A stretch of DNA of 61,632 nucleotides, taken from positions 1 through 61,632 of the IMG/VR virus record IMGVR_UViG_3300049783_001456. One strand, given 5' to 3'. This DNA is from a virus. Lineage: Duplodnaviria; Caudoviricetes. Within the stretch, counting starts at the first letter, position 1. Each line of letters begins with the position of its first letter. Shown here piece after piece: positions 45,748 through 56,317 of this stretch. The translations under genes and the position numbers were made by a program. The notes below the pieces were generated by a model. That model saw nothing but the letters and a program-made list of their open reading frames with translations. It searched no databases and was not told the DNA's origin.

Positions 45748-45762
45748 ATCTGCTGCTTCCTG

Positions 45763-46356
45763 CTATGCGGGGGTCAGGTCGGAATAGTCGCTAATCGTCC
45801 CGGGCTGGGAGTCGATTGTTCCGGTAATTGCGTTGATCTCGATACCCTCTTGAACTTCGTAAACGAACACTAGCCCAGCGGGTTTCAGTGCCGCCACGGC
45901 ATCCTGAACCAGCTGAGAGTCCGGGGTCTCCCCGAGGTAGGTCCGGAGGCGGAACGTCCAGGCGCTGCCCTCGCGCTCATACAGTTCCACTCTGCGGGTT
46001 CCTGTGAGGTGCTGTTGCGCCGCTGCCCTAATGGCGGAGACGCTGCCACGGTTGAAGCCTGCGGCAGCTTTTATGCGAATCCGCTGGCTTGCTTCGTCCA
46101 GCCCGGTGATGGTCTCTACGCCTACGAACTGCGCGACCCAAGGGAGCGCAATAGCTGGAGCCTCGTCCACGTCTAGGAGCTTCCCCCAGCCTGTGTGGGT
46201 GTCGCTGTCACGAACGATGTCGTCTATGGCGACGATCGGATTGAACAGAGCGTAGACAAGCTGGAGCAGCTCGCCGCTCTCGTCTGCACGCGACCAGGGA
46301 CCGAGGGCTGCGTAGGCTTCCTGGACGATGCGGGGAGCGGTGTCGAGCTCGATCAT
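45763..46356 (-). CDS. Baseplate/tail protein (P2 gpI-like)
   Basis: ALPWVAQFVGV...RGSVSAI...ALKPAG. Confidence 0.75.
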   Translation of the reverse strand: MIELDTAPRIVQEAYAALGPWSRADESGELLQLVYALFNPIVAIDDIVRDSDTHTGWGKLLDVDEAPAIALPWVAQFVGVETITGLDEASQRIRIKAAAGFNRGSVSAIRAAAQQHLTGTRRVELYEREGSAWTFRLRTYLGETPDSQLVQDAVAALKPAGLVFVYEVQEGIEINAITGTIDSQPGTISDYSDLTPA

Positions 46357-47501
46357 CAGGTTGCTGTTCCCGTCACTGAGGTAGCGTTAGGAAGTGGGGC
46401 TACACCAGCCAGAGCAACGTCAGCCGTGCCAGCGTCCAGCGTCAATGCGCTGACGTATCGAACACCCTCGACCCGGTTGAGGACCTCGGCAACTTCGAGG
46501 TACCTCACGACGTTCTCGCTTGATCTCCAGGTAGGAGTCGCCTCGTCACCGCCTGCCCATACAGAAGGCGAGAGATAGGTCTGCACAGCCAGTATGCTCG
46601 CGGCACCCAGGGCTGTGGTGTCGTACCCTGAGGAAGCCACGACCGTGAAGTCCACAGCGATGTCAGTGTAGGTCGGATCCTCTACGTGGATGATGAAGTT
46701 GATCTCGCGAAGCGTGGCGAGGTAGGCTTCTAGCTCGTCCTTGATAGTCGTGGAGAGAGCGACCCCGTCCACGTCTACGACCGAGACCGTGATCATCTTC
46801 TCGTTGTCCGAAGTGTCATCCGAAGGATTGTAATTGTCGGTCCCGATCGCACGGTACACACCTGCGATGCGTCGGCTGAGAACGGCTGCGTCCGAGGCTA
46901 GAACGAAGCGAGGAGTGAGCAGCTGCATCTCTGCCCGGAGGCGGGATAGGTAAGCAGCGTCGGTCTCGGCATCTAGCCCACCGCTCGTGGCACCTGAGGC
47001 AGTAATGGAGGAGACGAAAGAGAGGCTGTCCACAAGCTCCCACGCTCCGGGACCGAGACCGTTAGAATCGTCTCCCGCCACCAGCGACTGGATAACCACG
47101 TCGATGGCTTGAGTGTCTCCCGGGGCCACCGTGAAACTGTTCAAGGTGCTGAACGGAACCAGCTGGTCACCTGAGATTCGGTAGGCGACGACAGTCCCAG
47201 CTTCGACGGTGTAGCCTGAGTTGTCTTGCATCGTCCACGTCGTGGCTGTAGAGGCTCCCACTGCTTCAACGAAGACTACACTGACCAGGCTCTCCCCGAA
47301 GTACCGGAAGATCGTATCGGGAACGATGTTGCCAACGTTGCGGGTCTCTGCGTTTATGCGTGAGGCGACCTCAAGAAGAACGACTTCCAGATGTGCCTCT
47401 TTTGGTTCAAACCCTGTGACGTTCGCAACGAGAGATTCCAGCGCTTCGTCCACGAGGACGTCGGGGTCAGTCTCGAATGGGATGCCGATGTAGCCTGCCA
47501 T
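46356..47501 (-). CDS. Baseplate J-like protein
   Basis: GGLDAETDAAYLSRL; size and position. Confidence 0.85.
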   Translation of the reverse strand: MAGYIGIPFETDPDVLVDEALESLVANVTGFEPKEAHLEVVLLEVASRINAETRNVGNIVPDTIFRYFGESLVSVVFVEAVGASTATTWTMQDNSGYTVEAGTVVAYRISGDQLVPFSTLNSFTVAPGDTQAIDVVIQSLVAGDDSNGLGPGAWELVDSLSFVSSITASGATSGGLDAETDAAYLSRLRAEMQLLTPRFVLASDAAVLSRRIAGVYRAIGTDNYNPSDDTSDNEKMITVSVVDVDGVALSTTIKDELEAYLATLREINFIIHVEDPTYTDIAVDFTVVASSGYDTTALGAASILAVQTYLSPSVWAGGDEATPTWRSSENVVRYLEVAEVLNRVEGVRYVSALTLDAGTADVALAGVAPLPNATSVTGTAT

Positions 47502-47845
47502 CAGTCTCCTGCTTCCCGGACATCTATCGACAGTGTTCGCACCATAGCTTCTACCTTATCGGGTTCCTCCTGTAGAAGGACATCAATACGGTCGTCCCAA
47601 GTAACGGCTCGGTCGATGAGATCGTTCTCGTCTATCTCCGTCTGGAACGTAGGATCTTCGACCCCGAATTCAGGCACCTCCAATCTTTCCCCCAGTGGGG
47701 TCAGGAACAACACTCGAACGTTCTGTTCAAGTTCTTTCGGGGAACCTTGCTCGTTCACTGAAGCTTCCCCGTTCACAGTGAACCTGAAGGGGAACTCAAA
47801 GTGTGGGATCTGAACGTGAGTCACGGCCACCAGCCTAGTACCCAA
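47501..47845 (-). CDS. Baseplate wedge protein (gp25/gpW-like)
   Basis: LFLTPLGERLEVPEFG. Confidence 0.8.
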   Translation of the reverse strand: MGTRLVAVTHVQIPHFEFPFRFTVNGEASVNEQGSPKELEQNVRVLFLTPLGERLEVPEFGVEDPTFQTEIDENDLIDRAVTWDDRIDVLLQEEPDKVEAMVRTLSIDVREAGD

Positions 47846-48114
47846 GGACGTTCCACGCCGCCACCCAGAAAGAGAACCAGCACTCTGTCACCTGCAGTGG
47901 GTACTGTTTCTGAGTGGTCGTGGGCGTCTGGCCCGAGATCTACACGGCTCGTGGGCCAAGGCGCTGGGCCGAAGACATACTTGCCTTCGTCCCAACCGTC
48001 TATCGTGAAGTACATCCCTTCAGCGGTGACGCTGTGGCACTCACCTTCCACGAAAGAGTTGGATGTTGACTGAGACCGCAAAGGCTGCGATCGAATGAAG
48101 GCGTCGATGTTCAT
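47821..48114 (-). CDS. Short baseplate spike-like (OB-fold) protein
   Basis: PTAGDRVLVLFLGGGVERPWVLG; start reassigned to ATG 48114. Confidence 0.6.
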   Translation of the reverse strand: MNIDAFIRSQPLRSQSTSNSFVEGECHSVTAEGMYFTIDGWDEGKYVFGPAPWPTSRVDLGPDAHDHSETVPTAGDRVLVLFLGGGVERPWVLGWWP

Positions 48115-49490
48115 TTGCAAACCTGATATGAGAAGTGCCAGGGCTCTCGCGTGCGACCTTTGGATGTGCCGTTCTTGAGTTGGTAATTGCACCAACCCTC
48201 CGACTCGAAAGCAGTGACTATTCTGCGGTAGGTGGGATCGTTGAGCCAGTTGGTTGGGTCTCCCTGAGGGTTCGCTCCCATTGCCCGCAGGTCTACGTCG
48301 ACCGCTCGACCCTCGACATGTGCAGAATCTGAGGCCTTGCCGAACTTGGCACGGTCGCCGAGGAAGGCAACCCCTTGAACAGCTGTTGATCGGTACGAGT
48401 CGCTGATGGTGATCTGTACCCTCTGCCCCGAGGGGTTCTGCATTCCGAGAGCTATCTCCACCCGCCTGAAAGAAGCAGCTGCAGCGCTGGCCAACCGGTG
48501 CCCACCCTGCCCAATCTTCACGAGGTCTGCGGGGTCGTCGGGCCAAGTCTGCTGACCAATGGCAGATGCAGCGCCAACGGTAGAACCTCCAGCGTACGAA
48601 ACAACTGAAACTGCAGAAGCCTCTGGCTCTGGGAGAACCGGCCTGGGCTTCTCCAACGATACGTCGGTGAACAGGCTGAACAATGAACGGGATGTCTGCG
48701 TAACGAGCCATTCCCCGTCGGCCGGTCCGAGACCTTCGACAGTCACTACGGTACCGATGGGAACTTCCCAGCGAGCTGCCCGTACTCTCGCTGACAATGT
48801 GGCTATCGTCTTCCCCGTATCGAAGTCGAAGTTGATACTCTCTACACCCTTGCTACCCTCACGTAGGGTGTAAGAAGAAGCCTGCTCGAACAGAGCTGTT
48901 TCAGGGGTGTATGCGATGGTGCTGTTGTTTAGGACATACCTTCGCCAACCACGCTCTTCAGCGATACGTCCGAGAGCTGCCCATGAGTCTTCCGGGATGG
49001 CTTCGGTTGCAGTTGCTTCTACGGCAGGTTGACCTCTAGTGAGTTCAACCTTGCTCTTCTCGCTCGAGCGGAACTTGGCAGGTGTCTCAAACGACAACCA
49101 AGGCTCTTCTTTCACGAGCCGTTCTGCGAAGTCGATATGGGTCAAGGTGTTGGCCCCCACCTTCAACGGTTTGTCGTGGCGACGCAGCGCTGCTACCGGG
49201 AGGTCTTCCATGACCACAGTCAAGGCAGGACCACTCTTCCGAACCTGCACGAGCTCAAAACTGAATTCGCCCACCTTCACGACCAACTGCTGCTTGAACA
49301 ACCCACTATTCAGGAGCTTGTTGGTGTCGTCGTACAGCTCTAGCGTTAGTGTGCTGGCACCCTCGATAGTCCGGGACACGTTCGCTTCTTGGAGTATCTC
49401 AGCAACGTCACTCTGCAGGGTCTTGCCTTCGAGGAAGAGGCTGTTGAACCCATTCAATGTCGCCAGTGCTTGGTCGGCTGCGCTGCTCAT
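48111..49490 (-). CDS. Baseplate hub protein fused to an M15 D-Ala-D-Ala peptidase domain
   Basis: N-terminal hub-like region; C-terminal SDSYRS...SAHVEGRAVD...EPWHFSY. Confidence 0.75.
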   Translation of the reverse strand: MSSAADQALATLNGFNSLFLEGKTLQSDVAEILQEANVSRTIEGASTLTLELYDDTNKLLNSGLFKQQLVVKVGEFSFELVQVRKSGPALTVVMEDLPVAALRRHDKPLKVGANTLTHIDFAERLVKEEPWLSFETPAKFRSSEKSKVELTRGQPAVEATATEAIPEDSWAALGRIAEERGWRRYVLNNSTIAYTPETALFEQASSYTLREGSKGVESINFDFDTGKTIATLSARVRAARWEVPIGTVVTVEGLGPADGEWLVTQTSRSLFSLFTDVSLEKPRPVLPEPEASAVSVVSYAGGSTVGAASAIGQQTWPDDPADLVKIGQGGHRLASAAAASFRRVEIALGMQNPSGQRVQITISDSYRSTAVQGVAFLGDRAKFGKASDSAHVEGRAVDVDLRAMGANPQGDPTNWLNDPTYRRIVTAFESEGWCNYQLKNGTSKGRTREPWHFSYQVCK

Positions 49491-50158
49491 GGGAGCTTCA
49501 AAACCTGACCCACTTGGATGCGGTTCGGATCTCTGATATCATTGAGCGTGGCGATCTCGGTGTAGCGTTTCCAGGAGCCTAGCTGAACCTGCGCTATCCG
49601 ACCAAGGGTGTCGCCCTTCTTGACTGTGTAGGAACGAACGGCAGTTGCTGCCGTCTCAACAATCTTTTCTGTGATCCGGGTCGCGGGGGAGGGGGAAGCT
49701 ACTGTCGAAACGAGCACGTCTGCCTCAACGTATTCCATCAGAACGACGGTGGCCGATACTCGGAGAAGCTTCCCGTCGCCCGACCTCCGGATAACCGATA
49801 CTGGGTCTTGCGTGATTGTTTGGATGACCCACAGGAGGTCGGTCATGGGTACTGGCCCAGAGAGGCGAACAGGGGAAGGTTGCTTGGTCGGTCCGACCTG
49901 TTTTCTCATGATGTTGCTGAGTGTACCGTAGTCACGTTCCTGAGGCCGGTTGCTGGAGAGTCCATCGAACATCAAGGTGATGGTCATCTGATATGGGTTG
50001 TACCCTGCCCAGGTTGTGAAACCTTTGTTCTTCGGTCGGGTGATAACCACCCAGCCGCCGTCAGCTTCGGTAACTGCTGCAGAGGCACCTAGAAGGACGC
50101 TGACGGGACGATTCCCGCTCTCGGCCACTACGGGGCTGAAGGTCACTTTCGGAGTCAT
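49487..50158 (-). CDS. LysM-containing tail tube initiator
   Basis: YTVKKGDTLGRIA...IRDPNRIQVGQVLKLP; follows the tape measure gene. Confidence 0.8.
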   Translation of the reverse strand: MTPKVTFSPVVAESGNRPVSVLLGASAAVTEADGGWVVITRPKNKGFTTWAGYNPYQMTITLMFDGLSSNRPQERDYGTLSNIMRKQVGPTKQPSPVRLSGPVPMTDLLWVIQTITQDPVSVIRRSGDGKLLRVSATVVLMEYVEADVLVSTVASPSPATRITEKIVETAATAVRSYTVKKGDTLGRIAQVQLGSWKRYTEIATLNDIRDPNRIQVGQVLKLP

Positions 50159-52392
50159 GCTCGGGCTACCCTATCCCCTGCGTGGTCGTACACAGCCTCA
50201 GCGATAACCTTGCGGTCTAGGACGACCTGCAGAGTGATCGGTTCGCTAGACCCACCGCCAGTGAAGGGAGGTGCCATGTTGCGTACGTTGTCGGTCATCG
50301 GAACGACCGAAGCAGCCTCTGGGAGGAAGACGATCTCTTCACCTGGCAGCATATTGACTAGGCCAGCGGAGGTTGTCGTACCTCCGCTGTGCAGCTTGCT
50401 GATCTCGTCAACCTGCGTTACTTCCAGACGGCCACCGCCGATGGTGCCGATGCCAGGGATATTGAACTCAGGTATGTCGAAACCGAGCCCGTTCCATTTG
50501 CGGATGATCCAGTTGAGGGTGTCGATGAAACCGTTCCTCAAGCCGTCCCACATACCGCTGAGTGCGTCAGTGGCACGCCCAGGGATGCCTTCTAGGAAGC
50601 CGACTGCCATGTCGAACTTCTCTACGATCCAATCGTAGACACCTGTGACGGTCGACTTGATTGTTTCGAAGTGCGTGACGATAGCTAGCACAGCTAGGCC
50701 GACCGGTCCGACCAAGATAGCGAGCAGCAACTTCCAGTTATCCACGACCCAGTTGAAGACTCCCATAACTACAGCCTTGACTGTGTCGAAGTTCTTGATG
50801 ATCGCCACTGCAGCTAGGCCGAATGGCCCACCAATGATCACGAATAGCTTGGGCCAGTTCTTCTCGACCCACTTGTAGACAGTCATCGCGATGTTCTTCA
50901 CCGCTTTGAAGGCACCGTCTACGATCCTTCGGAAGGTCTCGCTGTTCTTGTAGGCATAGATCAAGCCTGCAGCCAGGCCAGCTATGGCGACGATGATGAG
51001 GCCGATTGGGTTCGCTGTCATCACCACGTTCAGGAGCGCCTGCGCAGCGGTAACGGCTCGGATGATTCCGGTTACGACCTTGAATGCGATGAACCCAGCG
51101 AGCAGGGCAGCCAGCACCGGCTGGAGTATCTCACCGTTCTCAGCAACCCAACCGAGGCCAGTTGCCAGGAGCTCGATAGGACGGATACCTTCGGGGACCA
51201 ACTCGTTGAATTCGGTGAGGACAGGGACCACTAGGTCTGTCCATATAGTGCCGAGCGATTCGAAGATCGACTGGAGCGCCTCGACAGTACCGGTCAGCAA
51301 GTCGCCAGTACCGAGCATCCCGTCTAGCTCTTGGGTGACCCCCAAGATACCGCTATCCTTGAAGGCTCCGGACAGCTTTTCCCAGAGGTCTCGAACGATG
51401 ATGGCGACCCCACCGAGCTTCTCCATCACACCCAGCAGTGTGCCAGCATCCTCGGTAGCTTCCCCACCTCGGAACACGTTCATGAAAGCTGCCCCGAGTA
51501 GGGGAGCTGTCTTGGTCAGCTCTTCGACTATCGGGCCAAGCCTCTTGTTCAATGCGGTGACGAGCTTGTTTGCCTGGGGGAGCATCGCCGAACCGATTGC
51601 TGTACCAGCTTCTTTGAGTCGCCCAGTGAAGGCACGCCATTGGTTGGCCAAGCCGTCGCTCGTTCTGGAGAGGTCGCCCTGGGCGTCCCCGAGATTCGCC
51701 AAGATGAACTTCTGGCGGAGTGCCACCTTCTCGCCTTCGGTCATCTGCGCTGTGGTCTTCTCGAGACCTTGCTCTAGAGCGAAGGCATCAAGGCTTGCGG
51801 CGGACATGAAGATACCGAACTTGCGCAGTCCTTCTGTCTCTCCGGAGAGGCCTCCCTGGAGCGATGCGAAGACGTCTTCAGGGGCAGCGTTGTAGAACGA
51901 GCCGAGGTCTAGACCCGCTTGCGTGAGCGAAGTAGAGAAGGATGCGAGCTCGTCGATAGGTACCTTGGCTGCTTTACCGAACACGCCGAACTGACGAGCG
52001 GCATCTTGAAGCTCTGCAGTGGGGATACCGAAGTCCTGGTTCAACGTGTCGACGAAACCTTGAACCTCAGTAGAAGCAGGTCCGAAGACGGTGTTGAAAG
52101 CGCTTGCGGTCTCTGCAGCGTTCATGGCGAGGCCAACGAACTTCACAGCCGCCACCCCAGCCGCTACTGTCAGAGCGCCGATTGCGGCAGCGCCGACCTT
52201 GGCTACTTGCATGACGCCGCCGATGCCTGCTTTCAGGATCCCCATTCCTGAACCCATTCGGCGACCAGACCGGTCAGCTTTATCAGCTTTGTCGCCGATT
52301 TCCTTGATCCCCTTCGAGGCCTTGTCGGCGTCGTTGGTGAACTGCTTCCGGTCTTTCAGCTTGAGGCGTGCGCCAATCTCTTCTTCAGCCAT
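50155..52392 (-). CDS. Tape measure protein
   Basis: Ala/Gly-rich helical sequence, ANPIGLII..YKNSETFR, aromatic-periodic repeats. Confidence 0.9.
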   Translation of the reverse strand: MAEEEIGARLKLKDRKQFTNDADKASKGIKEIGDKADKADRSGRRMGSGMGILKAGIGGVMQVAKVGAAAIGALTVAAGVAAVKFVGLAMNAAETASAFNTVFGPASTEVQGFVDTLNQDFGIPTAELQDAARQFGVFGKAAKVPIDELASFSTSLTQAGLDLGSFYNAAPEDVFASLQGGLSGETEGLRKFGIFMSAASLDAFALEQGLEKTTAQMTEGEKVALRQKFILANLGDAQGDLSRTSDGLANQWRAFTGRLKEAGTAIGSAMLPQANKLVTALNKRLGPIVEELTKTAPLLGAAFMNVFRGGEATEDAGTLLGVMEKLGGVAIIVRDLWEKLSGAFKDSGILGVTQELDGMLGTGDLLTGTVEALQSIFESLGTIWTDLVVPVLTEFNELVPEGIRPIELLATGLGWVAENGEILQPVLAALLAGFIAFKVVTGIIRAVTAAQALLNVVMTANPIGLIIVAIAGLAAGLIYAYKNSETFRRIVDGAFKAVKNIAMTVYKWVEKNWPKLFVIIGGPFGLAAVAIIKNFDTVKAVVMGVFNWVVDNWKLLLAILVGPVGLAVLAIVTHFETIKSTVTGVYDWIVEKFDMAVGFLEGIPGRATDALSGMWDGLRNGFIDTLNWIIRKWNGLGFDIPEFNIPGIGTIGGGRLEVTQVDEISKLHSGGTTTSAGLVNMLPGEEIVFLPEAASVVPMTDNVRNMAPPFTGGGSSEPITLQVVLDRKVIAEAVYDHAGDRVARA

Positions 52393-52413
52393 CTCGACGC
52401 ACACCTCCTTCCA

Positions 52414-52641
52414 TTAGTTCTTGCCGCCGAACGCTCTGGCTACGCCATTCTGCACAGTGGCTTGCATGTTCTTCCAGTGGTTGTTCTCTTTCTCGCTTCT
52501 TCGCTCAGCTGCTTCCTGGAGAATCTCTTTGGCGACGAGCCTGTCGACACCCTCCAGGTTCAGGTAGCTGATCGGGTCCCAACCGCATTCTAAGGCGAGC
52601 GCACCGTCCTGAACCGCAGCCCGGTAACGCCCGTTCGTCAT
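52414..52641 (-). CDS. Tail assembly chaperone, -1 frame extension
   Basis: In the -1 frame after a GGGGGAA slippery site; directly before the tape measure gene. Confidence 0.65.
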   Translation of the reverse strand: MTNGRYRAAVQDGALALECGWDPISYLNLEGVDRLVAKEILQEAAERRSEKENNHWKNMQATVQNGVARAFGGKN

Positions 52642-53174
52642 TCCCCCAAGAGGGTTGAATCTGCTTCTGTCTCGCGGTACCCACTGAACTTGATCAGCTC
52701 TGTAGAGGCAGACAAGATGTCGCCTTGAGTGAGGAACAGTGCGCTCACAACCTGGCGAGCTGTGGGGTGGCGCCCACCGCTGCCTTCCACACCGAGGTTC
52801 TCTGCGAGGTCCCCATCAAACAAGGTGGGGTCGCCATTCTCGTCGCCGGGACGCAGGCTGTATTCCTCGCCGTCGACAATAGCGACGACACCTGCGCAAC
52901 CTCGGATCAAGATGTCCGTATTGGAGTCGAGCTCGACCTCAGCTTGCTTATCCCGCTTGGCCTTCTCTACACGGGACTGTGCAGTCCGGATGAAGCTGTG
53001 CGTCACCGGCTTGTACAGAACCACGATTGTGGGGTTGTTCCAACGAGGTACCGGGAGACGAAGAATCTGCTCCTTGAGTACCTCCTCACGACGTTCCTTC
53101 AGGCTCGACAAGACGCTTGGAGCTGAGCTCCAAGATACCTCTTCGGAGCCGACACGCTCTTCATGATCTTCCAT
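52638..53174 (-). CDS. Tail assembly chaperone
   Basis: Between tube and tape measure; ends TTG GGG GAA TGA. Confidence 0.7.
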   Translation of the reverse strand: MEDHEERVGSEEVSWSSAPSVLSSLKERREEVLKEQILRLPVPRWNNPTIVVLYKPVTHSFIRTAQSRVEKAKRDKQAEVELDSNTDILIRGCAGVVAIVDGEEYSLRPGDENGDPTLFDGDLAENLGVEGSGGRHPTARQVVSALFLTQGDILSASTELIKFSGYRETEADSTLLGE

Positions 53175-53178
53175 TGGT

Positions 53179-53583
53179 CTAAGCCACGCTTCCTTCTGTG
53201 CTGATTTCGATGTCCCAGATTTGGGCACCGCTGCTGTTGCTGTCGGTATCACCCGGCATCACTGCCTTGAGGATACCGCCATAAACCATCGGCTGCCCCC
53301 AGGGGTTGCCGTCTGCGTCGAGAGGCTGACGACTGACGACGCACTTGGCGCTGCCGGTCTTGTTCATGAGGCTGCTCATGTAGCCCCAGTCCGCTCGGTC
53401 GCAAAGACGCGAGAGGGTCAGGTTGCCGATCGACTTCGACCCGCCGAGAGACACTTCAGGTTGCATCCCGCCTGGCTTGTACTTTGTCTCTTCGCTGTCG
53501 GAACCACCTCCCGAAAGCGTGTCCCACACGCCCATCGATTGCCCGTCAATTGTGACGGTGTTGCTCCATTGATCCTGCCTCAT
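53179..53583 (-). CDS. Tail tube protein
   Basis: 134 aa, directly after the sheath; LGGSKSIGNLTLSR. Confidence 0.8.
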   Translation of the reverse strand: MRQDQWSNTVTIDGQSMGVWDTLSGGGSDSEETKYKPGGMQPEVSLGGSKSIGNLTLSRLCDRADWGYMSSLMNKTGSAKCVVSRQPLDADGNPWGQPMVYGGILKAVMPGDTDSNSSGAQIWDIEISTEGSVA

Positions 53584-55016
53584 TACAGCTCCTCTGTGGT
53601 GGGAATCTTGACGAATTCCATGTAGACGATTTCGGCGAACTCTGTCATCCGCACGCCGATGACGGCAGAGAGTTTGCGTTCGGCGAGCGACTCTGGCGTG
53701 TTCACGGTGCTTCCCGTGTCCACGACGAAGGCTTCGGCGGGGGTATCGCCGAACAACGCTCCGAGGTTGTAGTAACCGAGAAGCATGCCTGTGAGGACAC
53801 CTTGGTACTCGGCGATCTTGGCCTTAGTGATCTGAGTGAAGACGAAGGGTTCTGCCTTCTCGGCTGCGTCTGCTTCGAGAGCCATTCGCAGCCGAGCGCT
53901 CGCAGCGCTCAACCATCCAGCGGTCGAGCCGTTAGGACTGACCATGGTTCGGTACCCATACAGCCGTTGAGTGCCACCTACTTCTCGGAAGACGTTGACG
54001 CCTGCCAGGTTGAGGGTGCCTCGTTCGGTGTCGCTCCAGTTGACTCGGTTCAAGCCCAGGCTGAAAGATGGGATTCCGTTGACACCTGCAGCAGGCTCGT
54101 TGGGGTTCCCTGTGGCTGCGTCGTGTGCAGCCATGAGAGCTGCGACAACAGCGCTCGGAGGGACGATACGGGTGGTGCCGACAGTAGCACCCGAGATGAC
54201 GTTCCAACCCTCTACGAGGAAAGCGTAGGACATCTCCTGGTCTGTCAGCGTGGCTTTGACCGCAGTTGAAGCGTTGACGAGGTCAGCCGCAACACTGCTG
54301 TCTGCAGAATCGATCAGTGCGAACCGGTTGGTTACAGCTGCGTGCTTGACTACTCCGGTGTGTGCAGCCGTCGTGGTCGAGCCTGGGATTGAAACCTGCC
54401 CAGCGCCTGCGCCTGCGGGAATGAGATTCAACGCTGCGATGCGGTGAACGTCGGTGATGTTTGCGCGATCGTCGTCGCCACCAGCCAGGTCTTTTGCCGT
54501 TGCAGCAGCAGGTGCCACAGAGCCGACTGCACGGAGCCGGATGTAAGCGTTGGTCGCTGCCCAGGTAACTGCCTCGGTGGGCAGCGTGAACGGGGGAGAA
54601 GTCTCCAGGAGGGTGGTGTCTTCGTAGATGGCCAGGGTGAACCGGGCATCAGCGGTAACCGCGACGAGGACCGAGTAGTCCGAGGTGCCTTCGCCGACGC
54701 TGTCAGCCTCGAGGCTGTCTGCCGCAGCAGCACCTTCAAGAGCGACGGTCGCCTTTGCGGCAGCTGGCCCGACGACGCGAATCATATTGACTGCGACGCC
54801 ACCGTTGCGGAAGTATGTCTCGACCGAGTCACGAACACCATAGGCGACTCGTGCGCCGAAGTGCTTGTCGAAGTCGGTCAGGTTCTTCAGCAGGCGGGCA
54901 ACATCCGTCGGACCACGCTCAGCGAGAGCTGCAATGTGCCAGGTGCCCGTCGGGACGGTGCCTCCTGGGGTCGGTGCTGCAGCTCTGCTGACGATCAGTG
55001 TACCTGGGGTCGTCAT
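53583..55016 (-). CDS. Tail sheath protein
   Basis: AERGP, NRFALID, VPPS, EPAAG, LNLAGVN, LYGYRT, GALFG...AFVVD. Confidence 0.92.
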   Translation of the reverse strand: MTTPGTLIVSRAAAPTPGGTVPTGTWHIAALAERGPTDVARLLKNLTDFDKHFGARVAYGVRDSVETYFRNGGVAVNMIRVVGPAAAKATVALEGAAAADSLEADSVGEGTSDYSVLVAVTADARFTLAIYEDTTLLETSPPFTLPTEAVTWAATNAYIRLRAVGSVAPAAATAKDLAGGDDDRANITDVHRIAALNLIPAGAGAGQVSIPGSTTTAAHTGVVKHAAVTNRFALIDSADSSVAADLVNASTAVKATLTDQEMSYAFLVEGWNVISGATVGTTRIVPPSAVVAALMAAHDAATGNPNEPAAGVNGIPSFSLGLNRVNWSDTERGTLNLAGVNVFREVGGTQRLYGYRTMVSPNGSTAGWLSAASARLRMALEADAAEKAEPFVFTQITKAKIAEYQGVLTGMLLGYYNLGALFGDTPAEAFVVDTGSTVNTPESLAERKLSAVIGVRMTEFAEIVYMEFVKIPTTEEL

Positions 55017-55231
55017 TGGGTTTCTTCCTCTCCGGTGGTGTCAGTGCTCGCCGAACGGCTTGACTGCTTTTTCGCAGGTGCGCTCTTGACCTCGATTAAG
55101 AGACCCTGAGCAACTGCAACCTTATTGTGTGTGATGTTGAGATTCACTCCAACGGCTTCTTCGCCGGGAGCGAGCGTGCGTCCGTCGTCGAGATCAATCG
55201 GGTGGCTCGCCACGTTCAGAACTTTGGACAT
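55013..55231 (-). CDS. Small hypothetical virion protein
   Basis: AAGGAG RBS; directly before the sheath. Confidence 0.6.
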   Translation of the reverse strand: MSKVLNVASHPIDLDDGRTLAPGEEAVGVNLNITHNKVAVAQGLLIEVKSAPAKKQSSRSASTDTTGEEETQ

Positions 55232-55232
55232 G

Positions 55233-55847
55233 TCAAACTCCTTGAGTGGTTTCTGTTTCGACTTCTACAAACGTAGCCCGGGATCCGGGGTCGGGGATGG
55301 GATCAGCGAGCGGTTCGTCTGGGCCACCCATGGGGTCGATGGTTCGCTGAACCTCTACAGCGAATTGAACGCTCCCTGCAGCCAACGTTCGAAGCATTTC
55401 GTTCGGGACTTCATCGTAGCGTTCCCCGAGCCAATCGGTGGCGGTCGCGAAACCTCCCAAGCTGGAGTTCTGAACGACCGAAGCACGTACTGCAGCAGCG
55501 TACATTTCAGCGAGCTTGAAGGTTCCTTCTCGGTCCTGCCCCGAAACCACGCAACCTACGCTCAACGCCCAAGTTGCTACGTGGGATCCTCCCAACCTCT
55601 CAGGTTCCGTTGCGAGGCCGGGAGCGACGATAACGCAAGAAGGCATCTGGTTCTCTGCGTACTTGCCTCCGGGGAGATCCAAGGCGCTGACCCAGGACTT
55701 GAAGTTGGGTAGCTTGGACGGGTCTAAACCCTCCAAGCGAGCGACCTCAGCGAGGTATGTCGGGAACCAGAGCTGAAGGTGGGACCTCATCGCGTGGCGT
55801 ACTTTCGTGCCGCTGACGATTGGTCCGAAGATATTGGTCTCGCTCAC
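55233..55847 (-). CDS. Putative tail terminator/completion protein
   Basis: Synteny between neck and sheath genes. Confidence 0.55.
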   Translation of the reverse strand: MSETNIFGPIVSGTKVRHAMRSHLQLWFPTYLAEVARLEGLDPSKLPNFKSWVSALDLPGGKYAENQMPSCVIVAPGLATEPERLGGSHVATWALSVGCVVSGQDREGTFKLAEMYAAAVRASVVQNSSLGGFATATDWLGERYDEVPNEMLRTLAAGSVQFAVEVQRTIDPMGGPDEPLADPIPDPGSRATFVEVETETTQGV

Positions 55848-56317
55848 CCGAACGCTCCGGAACCGACGAGGTGCGACTGGAGCATCTTGAGTATGTTCTT
55901 ACGCAAGACATCCGACAGTTCAACAGGGCGACGCTGAGGCATGCGAGCTCCAGCTTTCTTCTTCTTCTGGTGATAGATTCCGTATGGTACCTTCGAGCCG
56001 AAGAACATCTCGTCCGCTGAAGAGCGGAAGACGTGGTCTGGGTGACCCTTCTCAGTGAGTGAATCTCGGAGACGCAACGTAGCGTGCAGGATTCGGGGGT
56101 CCAAGTTTCGAGCAGCCTTGTACCGGACGGTGGAGGCAGCGAGAGGCTTCCAGCCTCCACTGTATCGACCTTGGTAGGAGAACTGTTCCTTCTCTTTCTG
56201 GAGAAGGTAAGTGTGGATGTCGTCAAACGCTGGACGCATGTCCGCAGCGTTGTCTCCCACTCTTAGGATCTCCCGGGAGAACTGCGTCTCCCCGAAGACC
56301 TCGAGGTCAAGCCTCAT
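55844..56317 (-). CDS. Virion morphogenesis (Mu gpG-like) neck protein
   Basis: GWKPLAAST...IL..T..LRDSL...GSKVPYGIYHQ...MPQR. Confidence 0.8.
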   Translation of the reverse strand: MRLDLEVFGETQFSREILRVGDNAADMRPAFDDIHTYLLQKEKEQFSYQGRYSGGWKPLAASTVRYKAARNLDPRILHATLRLRDSLTEKGHPDHVFRSSADEMFFGSKVPYGIYHQKKKKAGARMPQRRPVELSDVLRKNILKMLQSHLVGSGAFG

